64,000 bases of DNA from an uncultured cyanobacterium (GCA_963744145.1 CAVUSO010000001.1:2624001-2688000), one strand, 5' to 3'. Counted from the stretch's first letter, positions 10,347 through 20,949 are shown. Notes: a model not told the origin generated them from the sequence alone. Numbers and translations: made by a program.

Positions 10347-11588
10347 ATGCTAACTGGACAAAAGCCCCGACCAGAGAAACTTGCTTCCGGTTGTCCTCAT
10401 CTAATCTCTATGCAACACGATCGAGCTTGGGTAGAAATTAATTTAGCCGCTTTAGCCCATAATGTACAGCAGTTAAAAAGTCTACTTTCACCACAAACAG
10501 ATTTAATGGCGGTAGTGAAGGCTGATGCTTATGGTCATGGAGCCATTACCGTAGCCCAAACCGCGTTAGCACATGGAGCGAGTTGGTTAGGGGTAGCGAC
10601 AATTCCTGAAGGAATTGAATTACGGATGGCCCGCATCAATGCCCCGATTTTGATTTTAGGTCCGACCTATACTCAGGAGCAAGTTCAAGCTTTGGTACAT
10701 TGGCAATTACAACCAACTTTGTATTGTCCGAAACAAGCTTTATTGTTTTCAGAAACCTTGGCAAATCTGGAGCGATCGCTCCAGGTTCATATTAAGTTAG
10801 ATACAGGAATGTCGAGACTGGGGATCAATTGGCAACAAGCGGGGGAATTTGTCAAATTAGTATCCCAATTACCCAATTTACAAATATTGAGTATATATTC
10901 TCATTTGGCGACGGCGGATAGTCAAGATCAAACCGTAATGTTTCAGCAACAACAAAGGTTTGAAACTTCAATTCAGGATATCTGGTCTAGTGTCCCAGAA
11001 TTAGTTGGGGGAAGGAATGATAGATATTCATCAAATCGGGTTTTTCCCCGTTTACATTTAGCCAATTCCGCAGCGATGCTCACTGATCCATCTTTACATT
11101 ACGATTTAGTTCGCGCTGGATTAGCTATTTATGGACTTTATCCGGCTACCCATTTACAAACCATAGTTAAATTAAAACCCGTGATGCAAGTCAAAGCAAG
11201 GGTAACTCAAGTCAAACCGATCGCGGCCCATACTGGGGTTAGTTATGGTCATAAATTTATCGCCGATCGGGAAATGTTGATCGCTGTAGTGGGAATTGGC
11301 TACGCTGATGGTGTACCTCGTAATCTTTCTGGTCAAATGGAAGTCCTAGTTCGAGGTGAAAAAGTCCCCCAAATTGGCGCAATTACTATGGATCAGATGA
11401 TGCTTGATGTCAGTAAGATTCCAGACTTAGAGCTTGGGGAGGTGGTGACCTTACTAGGCACCCAAGCTGGTAAAATTATTAGTGCCGATGACTGGGCTGC
11501 TACATTAGGGACAATTTCCTGGGAAATTCTCTGTGGGTTTAAACACCGACTGCCACGAGTTGCTGTGGATGTTAAGATTGAAAAGTAA
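10347..11588 (+). CDS. alr: Alanine racemase
   Basis: AVVKADAYGHG PLP-lysine motif, HIKLDTGMSRLG, GYADG, TMDQMM. Confidence 0.97.
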   Translation: MLTGQKPRPEKLASGCPHLISMQHDRAWVEINLAALAHNVQQLKSLLSPQTDLMAVVKADAYGHGAITVAQTALAHGASWLGVATIPEGIELRMARINAPILILGPTYTQEQVQALVHWQLQPTLYCPKQALLFSETLANLERSLQVHIKLDTGMSRLGINWQQAGEFVKLVSQLPNLQILSIYSHLATADSQDQTVMFQQQQRFETSIQDIWSSVPELVGGRNDRYSSNRVFPRLHLANSAAMLTDPSLHYDLVRAGLAIYGLYPATHLQTIVKLKPVMQVKARVTQVKPIAAHTGVSYGHKFIADREMLIAVVGIGYADGVPRNLSGQMEVLVRGEKVPQIGAITMDQMMLDVSKIPDLELGEVVTLLGTQAGKIISADDWAATLGTISWEILCGFKHRLPRVAVDVKIEK

Positions 11589-11630
11589 AAATCTAGTTAT
11601 TTAAGCAAAAATCTGAAAAATATTACCAAT

Positions 11631-11669
11631 ATTTAGGTTGACCATTTAGGTTGACCATTTAGGTTGACC
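11631..11669. repeat. Short tandem repeat, 3 x ATTTAGGTTGACC
   Basis: Three exact 13-bp copies just downstream of alr. Confidence 0.85.
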
Positions 11670-11966
11670 ACTATTTTCAGTCTTTCGCCCGCCAGCAGTG
11701 GGACCAGATATCTGGTCTGTGTGACATCTTACGGTAGATCGGAATATCTACTTGATCACTTGTAGCTGGCATCAGGGCGATGCTTGTAATTTCTGATTTT
11801 TAGGTTAAATTATAAAGTACAGAGGTAATGATATAATCAACCCCATTGCTGTAAAATCAGCTTGACTTTAGTCCGAAATAGTTAATGATAGGACATCTGC
11901 TAGTTCAAATCGCAAAATTACTGATTTTGCTTTCACCATAATTCTGATTGAGGATAAGGTAAAAAC

Positions 11967-12548
11967 ATGGGTGAACTTACTAAAGAGGAAATGCGCGAAA
12001 GACTTGGCAATATTGACCAAATTCGCGATATTATTTTTGGCGCACAACTGCGCGAGTATTCGGCTCGATTTGATAAAATTGAGTCAGATGTATCCATGAT
12101 TCAACAAGAGATGCGCGATCGCATCGATCAAGTCAAAAATGTTCTCTCCACTGAAATTCGCACCGCGATCGATTCAATGGAGAAAAAAACCAAAACCTTG
12201 AGCTTGACGGTAGAAGATGAAAGTACCAATATTCGTCAACAGGTAGAACGACTCAACAAGAAGTTTTCTAGCAGTATTGAAGCTTTAAATGAAGCAGTTG
12301 ATAACCAAAGTACCTCCATTCGGGAAGATGTCTCCCAAACTAGAGAAAAGCTCCAAGAAGATACTCGTAACCTGAGAAATCATGTGTTTGAAGAGTTAGA
12401 CAGACGCTTTTCCCTGCTCCGCGAAATCAAAGTTTCCCGTGATGATATGGCGGAAATTCTGTTTGAACTAGGAATGCGTTTAAAAGGAAGTGAATTTGTT
12501 CCCCAATTGAAAGAAGCGGCTAGTGTCGATAAATCTTTTGGAGAATAA
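11967..12548 (+). CDS. Coiled-coil protein (first gene of small-GTPase operon)
   Basis: Heptad-rich helical sequence; NIDQIRDIIFG N-terminal motif; RBS-like GAGG upstream. Confidence 0.75.
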   Translation: MGELTKEEMRERLGNIDQIRDIIFGAQLREYSARFDKIESDVSMIQQEMRDRIDQVKNVLSTEIRTAIDSMEKKTKTLSLTVEDESTNIRQQVERLNKKFSSSIEALNEAVDNQSTSIREDVSQTREKLQEDTRNLRNHVFEELDRRFSLLREIKVSRDDMAEILFELGMRLKGSEFVPQLKEAASVDKSFGE

Positions 12549-12653
12549 AAACTTTTAACCATGTAGCTCTACCAGTTCAAGTTGCAGATGACAACTAGCC
12601 GGTAGTAGCACATGGAGTTAGCTGAATAAACCTTAAAAAATTATTAGGGTGCT

Positions 12654-14957
12654 ATGAAACAGCAAGAAGATTTTATTTCTGAATCGACTGAGCTGAATGA
12701 GGATTCTGAAGCTATGTTTAATAGCTTGCAGAGTTTGTTGCTTGATCTACTTATAGATGATGATAAAGACAATGTTGCAGTTGTCTCATCCTCCCAGCTC
12801 TCAACCACTAATGGTCACAGTGAAAACCTACCCATTCCTCCTACTGTTGCTAGTCCAACGAATGGTCATGTCATCACTCTCCCACTAACAGATGATACTT
12901 TAGTTTTACATAATTTAGTCACTCTTGATGAAAATTCACCAGAATTATTAGGAGAGGTAATCTCTCCAGAAGAAATTGGAGAAAAATCCGACAAACAAAC
13001 AGAAATAAGCTTAATCCCTTATCAGGTTGAGCATCAAGAACAATTGAGGGCTTCAGAAAAAGAAGAAACTTTAGTACCTGCTGAAAATTTACCGAATGTA
13101 GTTAATCCCCTAGAACGACTCCAAAGTCTATTAGTGGGAAATAATATGAAAGAATTTCAGCAGATAGTTATCCAACTAAAAGAAAAACTTAATCATCTCG
13201 AAAATCAGATTTATACTCCGGAAAATTTACTGAATTTATTGATGCCCTTAATTGCAGAACTTTTGAAAATAGATGTTTCTGAAGCAAGAGCAGCTTTTAT
13301 TAATGAAGCAGCGATCATTATTGGGGAAATGCTTCAGCAAAAAGTTGAACACCATCGGGATCAAGTGGGAGGGTTGTTAGCACCATTAATTTCCGTAGCA
13401 ATTAGAGAACAAATTAAGGAATGTCCAGAAGAAATTGCTGAAGCAATTGGACCAACAATGGGGAAAGCAATTCAAGAGCAAATTAAATTAGAAAAAGATG
13501 CAATGGTAGATGCTCTTTACCCTGTCATTGGTAGCACGATCGCTAAATACATGGCTGAAACAATTCGTTGGATTAATCAACAAATAGAAAATACTTTTAC
13601 CCTCCAGGGGGTTTACCGCAAAATTAGGTCAAAAGTTCAAGGAGTTAGTGAAGCAGAATTAATTCTCAAAGATATACCTTTTCGGGTTCAAGCAATTTTT
13701 CTAATTCACAAAGGCTCAGGTTTAGTAATTGCCGAAGTCCAGCAATCCGGTGATGAACAACTAGAGGCAGAAATGTTAGCAGGGATGTTAACAGCTATTC
13801 GCAGTTTTGTCAACGATTGTATTGCTCAGACTGGGAGTGAATCGGAACTAGATAAAATCGATTATGGGAATTCTAAAATCATTTTAGAAGTAGCCGGTTA
13901 TTGTTATTTAGCAATTGTAGTTAAAGGAGAGCCTTCTCAAAATTTTATCAGAAAAATGCGGGAAGCTATGGGGACAATTGTCCAAAGTTATGGTAACCCA
14001 ATTGAAGCATTTGATGGTGATCCTAGCAGTATTCCCCCGCAAGTAAGTATAATTTTAGAGAATTTAAGAGATCTGGAATTACAGGAGGGAAAAAAGCGCA
14101 ATTTTTTACCAATGATCACAATCACCCTGGTCATCTTAGGGATAATTGGGACTTGGGGATTTTATCAGTATCGCGATCGAACGAAAAGTCTTGTTCAAGC
14201 AGAAATTAGTGATGCACTGATCTCTGTACCTGAGTTATCGGTTTATCGTCTGAATGTGGAGATCAATGGTGATACCCTCAAACTTTCTGGACGAGTCCCC
14301 ACCCAGTATCTCCGTAATCAAGCTGAAAAAACGGTCTTGTTGAATCTACCCCTAGCATTTAAACTAGACAATCAGATTGTCCCAGTTGAAGTACCTCCTG
14401 ATCCGGTGTTAACAGCCAAAGAAGTAAAAAGGTTAACATCTATTTTTAATAATATGACGGGAGTTGCCATTTCCGCTCAGTATACACCACCAGGAAAAGT
14501 TACCATTGAAGGCATATTGAGTGAACGGACAGATGCTAAAAAAATTACTCAAGCATTTGAGAAGATTCCGGGTGTGCATTCGGTGACTAATAGTGCACAT
14601 GTCCAGGAAATCGGGTTGGGAACTCGGATCTATTTTGAGACGGGATCAGTCAAGTTAAAACCAACAGAAATGCAAAAAATTAGTCAGCTCAAAATATTCT
14701 TAAAAAGATATTCAGGCAAATATTTTCGGTTAATTGGATATAGCGATCGCAGTGGCAATTCCACAGAAAACCAAGTGTTAGCATTGGAACGAGCCAAGGT
14801 AGTTCGAGATACTCTAGTTGCTGGTGGGATGGATGCTAAACACTTACAAATTGTGGGCACAAACCAAGCTCCCTTAGATCTAGATGAAGAAGAACCACTA
14901 TGGGTAAGTAGATGTGTTGAAATTGAAGCAATCCCACCAGATGTGAGGGACAAATAA
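12654..14957 (+). CDS. Membrane protein: helical region, roadblock/longin-like domain, TM, BON and OmpA-like peptidoglycan-binding domain
   Basis: AIFLIHKGSGLVIA…MLAGMLTAIRSFV (roadblock-like), TM ITITLVILGIIGTWGF, BON (LKLSGRVPT), OmpA (IYFETGS…GYSD…NQVLALERAKVV…RCVEI). Confidence 0.8.
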   Translation: MKQQEDFISESTELNEDSEAMFNSLQSLLLDLLIDDDKDNVAVVSSSQLSTTNGHSENLPIPPTVASPTNGHVITLPLTDDTLVLHNLVTLDENSPELLGEVISPEEIGEKSDKQTEISLIPYQVEHQEQLRASEKEETLVPAENLPNVVNPLERLQSLLVGNNMKEFQQIVIQLKEKLNHLENQIYTPENLLNLLMPLIAELLKIDVSEARAAFINEAAIIIGEMLQQKVEHHRDQVGGLLAPLISVAIREQIKECPEEIAEAIGPTMGKAIQEQIKLEKDAMVDALYPVIGSTIAKYMAETIRWINQQIENTFTLQGVYRKIRSKVQGVSEAELILKDIPFRVQAIFLIHKGSGLVIAEVQQSGDEQLEAEMLAGMLTAIRSFVNDCIAQTGSESELDKIDYGNSKIILEVAGYCYLAIVVKGEPSQNFIRKMREAMGTIVQSYGNPIEAFDGDPSSIPPQVSIILENLRDLELQEGKKRNFLPMITITLVILGIIGTWGFYQYRDRTKSLVQAEISDALISVPELSVYRLNVEINGDTLKLSGRVPTQYLRNQAEKTVLLNLPLAFKLDNQIVPVEVPPDPVLTAKEVKRLTSIFNNMTGVAISAQYTPPGKVTIEGILSERTDAKKITQAFEKIPGVHSVTNSAHVQEIGLGTRIYFETGSVKLKPTEMQKISQLKIFLKRYSGKYFRLIGYSDRSGNSTENQVLALERAKVVRDTLVAGGMDAKHLQIVGTNQAPLDLDEEEPLWVSRCVEIEAIPPDVRDK

Positions 14958-14959
14958 CT

Positions 14960-15481
14960 ATGGCAACTATATCCAAGAAAATTTGTTTAGTTGGAGATTT
15001 TTGTGTTGGTAAAACTAGTCTGATTCGCAGGTTTGTGGATGGGCAGTTTAGTGATCAGTATTTGTCTACTGTCGGAGTCAAAATTTCTAAGAAAATTTTA
15101 GCCCTGCAAAATATCGCTCAATCAGACAAATTAAACGTCCAATTGTTAGTCTGGGACTTAGAAGGTCACACCAAATTTAAAGCGATCGCTCCCACCTATT
15201 TACAAGGATCTAGTGCGGCGGTGGTGGTTGCAGATGTCACCCGACCGGAAACGATTGAAAGGATTCCGGAACATATTAAACTATTTTTCTCAATTAATCC
15301 GAAAGGATTTGTGATTGTGGCTTTAAATAAGTCTGATCTGCTGAATGAGGAAAATTTGGCCAAATTAAATCGGTTTGAAGATGGAGATAAAATATTAGCA
15401 ACTTATCATACTTCGGCTAAAACAGGTAATTTCGTTGATGAAATTTTTGAAAAGTTAGCATACCGCATAATTCAGCCATAA
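14960..15481 (+). CDS. Ras/Rab-like small GTPase
   Basis: G1 GDFCVGKTS, G2 STVG, G3 WDLEG, G4 NKSD, G5 TSAK in a stand-alone 173-aa protein. Confidence 0.92.
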   Translation: MATISKKICLVGDFCVGKTSLIRRFVDGQFSDQYLSTVGVKISKKILALQNIAQSDKLNVQLLVWDLEGHTKFKAIAPTYLQGSSAAVVVADVTRPETIERIPEHIKLFFSINPKGFVIVALNKSDLLNEENLAKLNRFEDGDKILATYHTSAKTGNFVDEIFEKLAYRIIQP

Positions 15482-18255
15482 TGAATTCTCTTTATCAAAA
15501 ATTCTTAGCTCCACAACGATTGCAATATTTAGCAGTCGATCAGGATTTTGTTATTCAAGAAATATCCTTGGATAGTGATAAGTTTGCCGATTGTCCAGAA
15601 GAAATTGTTGAAGGTAATGATGTTCGACTAGGATTTCCAGAATTATTTGGGTTAGAAGATAATCTGATGGCTGTTTTACAAGGAGAAGAAAGTAGTTTTG
15701 AGTTAAAAGGTGTCGCGAGGTTTTCTGATCAGGATTTTCCTCTTTATATTGATATTTATGTAATTAATCCCAATGATAAAAAAGCTACCGATAGGTTAAT
15801 GCTTTTTTTTGAAGATGTCACCGAAAAAATGCTGTTGGAACAAACTTTATCCCAGCGATCAAATGAAGCTAGTTTATTATTAAGTGCTTTAGCTAATTCC
15901 AAAGATTATATAGAAAAAATTATTACTTCGATCGCCGATGCGCTATTAGTAACTACGAAAGCGGGAATTATTAAAACTGTCAATCCCTCAGCTAAAAAAA
16001 TATTTAATTATACAGATACGGAAATAATTGGTCAACATATCGGGATCATTATTGAAGATGAGATTTTTATTAACCAAACCATGCAACATGATTCAGTTCT
16101 AACTGGTGAGATATTAAAGGATGTGGAATTAATCTGTAAAACTAAAAATGGTGAAAAAATTTATGTAGAATTTTCCTGTTCAGTGATTCAAACCAATGTA
16201 GATCAAAATAATGAAATCTCTAACGATACCCAAGATTTTATCTATATTGGGAGAGATATTACTGAACGCAAACGTTCCCAACAAAATCTCGTTGCTAAAC
16301 ACGCCGCAACTCGGATTCTGTCTGAGTCAGCTACTATTCATGAAGCCATTCCGCAAATTCTATTAGCAATCTGTGAAAGTTTGGGATGGACGGTGGGAGA
16401 ATTATGGATGCCCGTTGCACTTCCTCGGGATAGAAAATTTAGGGAAAATCTTACCTCTAATCATGTTCATCCTCAACTTCAATGTGTGGAAATTTGGTCG
16501 AAACCAGGAGCGAATACTCAAGAATTTATTGAATTTGCCCAACAGATTACCTTTAGTCCAGGTGAGAACTTAGTAGGTCAAGTTTGGTCTAGTAGTTTAC
16601 CTATATGGATTAGCAATTTTGCCGATAATCAGCAATTTTTGCGTTCAACTTATGCTGCTCAAGCAGGACTTCAGACTGTATTTGCTTTTCCCATTCAAAG
16701 CAGTGGTCAAGGATTAGGAGTGATCACGTTCTTTAGTGAGGAAGTATATCCTTATGATGAAGAAGTCTGCCAAACAATTACGGATATTTGTAATCAATTA
16801 AGTCATTTTATTGAACGTAAAAGAGCCGAAGCAGCCTTACAAGAAAGTGAAGAAAGATATCGAGATTTATTTGAAAATGCTAGTGATTTAATTCAAAGTG
16901 TTGGGGTTGATGGTCAATTTTTATATGTGAATAGAGCCTGGAAAGAAACTTTGGGATATAGCGAATCAGAAATTGATAATATGTTGGTATTTGATATTAT
17001 TGATCCTGACTGTAAAACCGATTATTTAGAAATGTTTCAGCGAGTGCTATCCGGCGATAAGATTGATCGAATTAAAACTACATTTATTACGAAAGAGCAA
17101 AAAAAAATTTCCTTAGAAGGAAGTGTTAATTGTAAATTAATCGATGGCAAACCTGTGGCAACTCGGGGAATTTTTCAAAATATCACCGAACGCAAATTAG
17201 CGATGGAAGCTTTGAAACTAAGTGAAGCAAATTTAGCCGAAGCTCAAAAAATTGCCCATCTGGGTAGTTGGGAATTGGATCTGGTTACCCAAAATGTAGT
17301 TTGGTCTGAGGAAATGTTCCGCATTTTTGCCCTCGATCCAGAACAACAAGAATTCACCTATTCCGAATATGTGCAAATGATTCATCCAGAGGATCGGGAA
17401 TTCTGGCAGGTCATGATTGCCGATGCGATCGCTAAAGTAAAGTTTTATGAATTTGATTTTCGGATTGTCCGACCCGATCATTCGATTCGATATATTAATG
17501 GTAGGGGTAAACCTGCTCTCGATGATACTGGTAAAGTTGTGCGGTTATTAGGGACTGCGATGGATATTACAGAACGGAAATTAGCAACTGTAGAATTGCG
17601 GTATCAAAAAGAACAATCGGAACGATTGTTGTTAAATGTTTTGCCGACAAAAATTGCGGAACGTCTGAAACAAGAAGAACAAACGATTGCTGATAAGTTT
17701 GCCGAAGTTACAGTGATGTTTGCTGATATTGTTGGGTTTACTGAATTGGCTTCGTCCATGAACGCGATCGAATTAGTTAGCTTGCTCAATCAAATTTTTT
17801 CCGATTTTGATCGTTTGTCAGAACGACATAGTTTAGAGAAAATTAAAACTATTGGTGATGCTTATATGGTAGTGGGAGGGTTACCCGAACAACGAGATGA
17901 TCATGCCGAAGCGATCGCCGATATGGCCATGGATATGATGATGGCGATCGCTAACTTTAATACAGAAAATCAGAAAAATTTTAGTATTCGGATCGGTATT
18001 CATAGCGGTCCAGTCGTAGCTGGGGTGATTGGGATTAAAAAGTTTATTTACGATCTCTGGGGTGATACGGTTAATACCGCGAGTCGGATGGAGTCTCACG
18101 GTTTAGCAGGACAGATTCAGGTATCAGCAGCCAGCTACGAAAAATTATATCATAAATATTTATTTGAAGAACGGGGACATATCCCGATTAAAGGTAAAGG
18201 TAAGATGCTTACTTATCTTCTGATTGGTAGAAAAGTTCATAGTTTATCAGCCTAG
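15481..18255 (+). CDS. Cytoplasmic multi-PAS/GAF adenylate cyclase
   Basis: PAS, GAF (ESLGWTVGELW), PAS, PAS, class III cyclase (MFADIVGFT, EKIKTIGDAY, YDLWGDTVN); TAATG overlap with the GTPase gene. Confidence 0.92.
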   Translation: MNSLYQKFLAPQRLQYLAVDQDFVIQEISLDSDKFADCPEEIVEGNDVRLGFPELFGLEDNLMAVLQGEESSFELKGVARFSDQDFPLYIDIYVINPNDKKATDRLMLFFEDVTEKMLLEQTLSQRSNEASLLLSALANSKDYIEKIITSIADALLVTTKAGIIKTVNPSAKKIFNYTDTEIIGQHIGIIIEDEIFINQTMQHDSVLTGEILKDVELICKTKNGEKIYVEFSCSVIQTNVDQNNEISNDTQDFIYIGRDITERKRSQQNLVAKHAATRILSESATIHEAIPQILLAICESLGWTVGELWMPVALPRDRKFRENLTSNHVHPQLQCVEIWSKPGANTQEFIEFAQQITFSPGENLVGQVWSSSLPIWISNFADNQQFLRSTYAAQAGLQTVFAFPIQSSGQGLGVITFFSEEVYPYDEEVCQTITDICNQLSHFIERKRAEAALQESEERYRDLFENASDLIQSVGVDGQFLYVNRAWKETLGYSESEIDNMLVFDIIDPDCKTDYLEMFQRVLSGDKIDRIKTTFITKEQKKISLEGSVNCKLIDGKPVATRGIFQNITERKLAMEALKLSEANLAEAQKIAHLGSWELDLVTQNVVWSEEMFRIFALDPEQQEFTYSEYVQMIHPEDREFWQVMIADAIAKVKFYEFDFRIVRPDHSIRYINGRGKPALDDTGKVVRLLGTAMDITERKLATVELRYQKEQSERLLLNVLPTKIAERLKQEEQTIADKFAEVTVMFADIVGFTELASSMNAIELVSLLNQIFSDFDRLSERHSLEKIKTIGDAYMVVGGLPEQRDDHAEAIADMAMDMMMAIANFNTENQKNFSIRIGIHSGPVVAGVIGIKKFIYDLWGDTVNTASRMESHGLAGQIQVSAASYEKLYHKYLFEERGHIPIKGKGKMLTYLLIGRKVHSLSA

Positions 18256-18366
18256 TTTTGGCAGGAGGTGATTTTCTAGCTACTTCTATAACCAGGGTTT
18301 ATCTGTTGAGTCTTTTACCATTTTATTCAAAAGAAATGTACCCCATATTTGATTTAATTAAAAACA

Positions 18367-19902
18367 ATGAACTCGCTGCTCAAAAAATTATTAGCTGCTT
18401 GTCAGATGGAATACTTAACCCTTGATCAAGATTTGATGATCCAAGAGATTTCCTCTGGTGTGCAACGGTTTGCGGATAGTCCTGATGATATTAGTCTGGA
18501 AAACGATGTCCGGATCGGCTTTCCTGAATTAATCGGGATGGAAGATATTTTAATGGCAATTATCCAAGGAGAGCAACCTAGTTTTGAATTAAAAGCGGTG
18601 AGCCGTTATCTGGAAAATAATCAGCTTTTATATATGGATATTTGTATTATTAGTAATACAGTAGAAACATTGTTAGAAAAAAAATTAGTGGTAGTTTTTG
18701 CTGATGTAACTGAAAAAATGATGATGGAACAAACTTTAGTGCAAAGAAGCAATGAAGCCACTTTATTATTAAATGCTTTAGCCGCCTCGAAAGATTATAT
18801 TGAAAAAATTATTACTTCCATGGCTGATGCTTTATTAGTAACTACCAGAGCCGGAAATATTAAAAAAATTAATCAAGCTGCTCAGAAATTATTTGGTTAT
18901 GACGAAGTAGAGTTAATGGGACAATCCGTGTCCATGATTTTTGCTGAAGATGAGATTTTAGAACAAATATTTGCCCAAGAATTTAAGTTGATTCAAGGGG
19001 AAATTTTGCCAGATATGGAAGTAATTTGTCAAACTAAAACTGGAGAAAAAATCCCGGTAGCATTTTCTTGTTCATCGATCCAAACAACTACAAAAGATGC
19101 TCAGGATTTAGTCTATATTGGTCGTGATATGACCGAACGGAGAAATGCTCAGGAGAAAATAAAAAAATTAAATAAAGATTTGGAAATTAGAGCGATCGCG
19201 CTGGAAGCTGCTAATCAAGAATTAGAGGCTTTTTCCCACTCAGTTGCCCATGATTTGCGGAACCCACTTAACAAAATTATTGGTTATAATCAAATTGTGA
19301 TTGAAGAATATAATCAACAATTAGATGCTGATGGTAAATCCTATTTAGAAGTAGTCAAAGAATCTAGTTTACGAATGAATGAATTAATTACCGATTTACT
19401 CAGGTTATCTCAGGTAACCCGAGGAGAAATATGTTATGAAACAGTGGATTTGAGTGCTTTAGCAACAGCAATTGCGATCGATCTTCAACAAAGAGACCCG
19501 AAACGACAAGTAGAATTCCAGATTTTAAATGGTGCAATTACCACTGGAGATGCTGCACTCTTAAAAATTGTCTTGGAAAATTTACTTGGTAATGCTTGGA
19601 AATTTACAGGTAAACAACCTCAAGCTCAAATAGAGTTTGGGATTTCTCCCCAGAAAAATGCTAAACAGACTGCCATTATACCAGCTTTTTTTGTCCGGGA
19701 CAATGGTGCTGGTTTTGATATGAAAAAAGCCAGTAAATTATTTACTGCTTTCGAGCGTCTGCACAAAAATAGTGACTTTGAAGGGACGGGGATCGGTCTA
19801 GCTACTGTACAACGGATTATTCATCGTCATGGGGGACGGATTTGGGCAGAAAGTAGCCTTGGTAAAGGTGCGATATTTTATTTTACTCTAGAAGTACACT
19901 AG
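18367..19902 (+). CDS. PAS sensor histidine kinase
   Basis: FSHSVAHDLRNPL H-box, NLLGNAWKFT, DNGAGFD, GTGIGL; N-terminal ~260 aa paralogous to the upstream cyclase. Confidence 0.92.
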   Translation: MNSLLKKLLAACQMEYLTLDQDLMIQEISSGVQRFADSPDDISLENDVRIGFPELIGMEDILMAIIQGEQPSFELKAVSRYLENNQLLYMDICIISNTVETLLEKKLVVVFADVTEKMMMEQTLVQRSNEATLLLNALAASKDYIEKIITSMADALLVTTRAGNIKKINQAAQKLFGYDEVELMGQSVSMIFAEDEILEQIFAQEFKLIQGEILPDMEVICQTKTGEKIPVAFSCSSIQTTTKDAQDLVYIGRDMTERRNAQEKIKKLNKDLEIRAIALEAANQELEAFSHSVAHDLRNPLNKIIGYNQIVIEEYNQQLDADGKSYLEVVKESSLRMNELITDLLRLSQVTRGEICYETVDLSALATAIAIDLQQRDPKRQVEFQILNGAITTGDAALLKIVLENLLGNAWKFTGKQPQAQIEFGISPQKNAKQTAIIPAFFVRDNGAGFDMKKASKLFTAFERLHKNSDFEGTGIGLATVQRIIHRHGGRIWAESSLGKGAIFYFTLEVH

Positions 19903-19914
19903 CATCAATGTTTT

Positions 19915-20718
19915 ATGACTATTTTTGCGATCGATTTACCAAAATTAGCGCTATCACCGTTTTGGCAACACCTAATTGGACTTGGTTTTCAGATTGTCCC
20001 GAAACTGCTGTGGGTAATCGCGATTTTAATCCTGACAAGAATAGCTATTCGTTTAGTTGGTAATCTGACTCGTCAAGCTTTAAGTCACATCGAACTAACG
20101 ATTCGGAAATTTCTGATCCAAGTCGCAGAAATTTCCACTCTGTTAACGGGATTGATTTCAGCTTTAAATATGATCGGGATTCAAACTAATACGATTATTG
20201 CGGTCATTGGTGCTGCGGGTTTAGCCATAAGTCTAGCTTGGCAAAATACTTTATCTCATTTTGCTGCTGGGGTAATGTTAATTAGTTTGCGCCCCTTTGA
20301 AGTCGGAGATTTTATTGAAGGTGCAGGTGTAGCAGGTATTGTTGATGCAATTGGGATATTTTCCACTACTCTGATTACTCCTGATCACGTCAAAATTATG
20401 GTGCCTAATGCTCAATTATTTAATGGTACTCTGAAAAATACTACAGCTTTAGGAACTCGTCGGATTGATTTAGAGATTGATATTGGCGATCGGCCCATTG
20501 AACCTACCATTACCATGCTATTAGGCATAGTTCAGCCCCATCCTCTGGTTTTAAATCACCCCAAACCTACCTGTCATGTAGCGACGATTTCCGCTACTAA
20601 TACCATTTTATATTTGCGTCCTTGGTGTGCAGCTACTGTCTATGAACAAGTGCGCTCAGAGGTACAGCTTTTAATTAAAGAAACTCTGCAAATCACACCT
20701 ACTCTTGAGGAGCATTAA
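19915..20718 (+). CDS. Small-conductance mechanosensitive channel (MscS family)
   Basis: GAAGLAISLAWQNTLSHFAAG, RPFEVGDFI, VPNAQL. Confidence 0.9.
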   Translation: MTIFAIDLPKLALSPFWQHLIGLGFQIVPKLLWVIAILILTRIAIRLVGNLTRQALSHIELTIRKFLIQVAEISTLLTGLISALNMIGIQTNTIIAVIGAAGLAISLAWQNTLSHFAAGVMLISLRPFEVGDFIEGAGVAGIVDAIGIFSTTLITPDHVKIMVPNAQLFNGTLKNTTALGTRRIDLEIDIGDRPIEPTITMLLGIVQPHPLVLNHPKPTCHVATISATNTILYLRPWCAATVYEQVRSEVQLLIKETLQITPTLEEH

Positions 20719-20857
20719 GCCAGCTCCCCAGCGGTCATCGGTCTATCAATGGGACAAAAGAAAATGCCTCTCGGGAGAAATAGACATTGTAATTTTTTTT
20801 TGGCAATTTCCTTGACTAATCCCGAATAGGGATGCTATGATTAATAATCGTGACCCT

Positions 20858-20949
20858 GGAGAGGTGGCTGAGCGGTCGAAAGCGGCAGATTGCTAATCTG
20901 TTGTACGGTTGGTAACTCCGTACCGAGGGTTCGAATCCCTCCCTCTCCG
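20858..20949 (+). tRNA. tRNA-Ser (GCT)
   Basis: GGAGAGG/CCTCTCC acceptor stem, anticodon arm GCAGA-TT-GCT-AA-TCTGT, long variable arm, GGTTCGAATCC T-loop; TTGACT-18-TATGAT promoter at 20812-20841. Confidence 0.97.
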
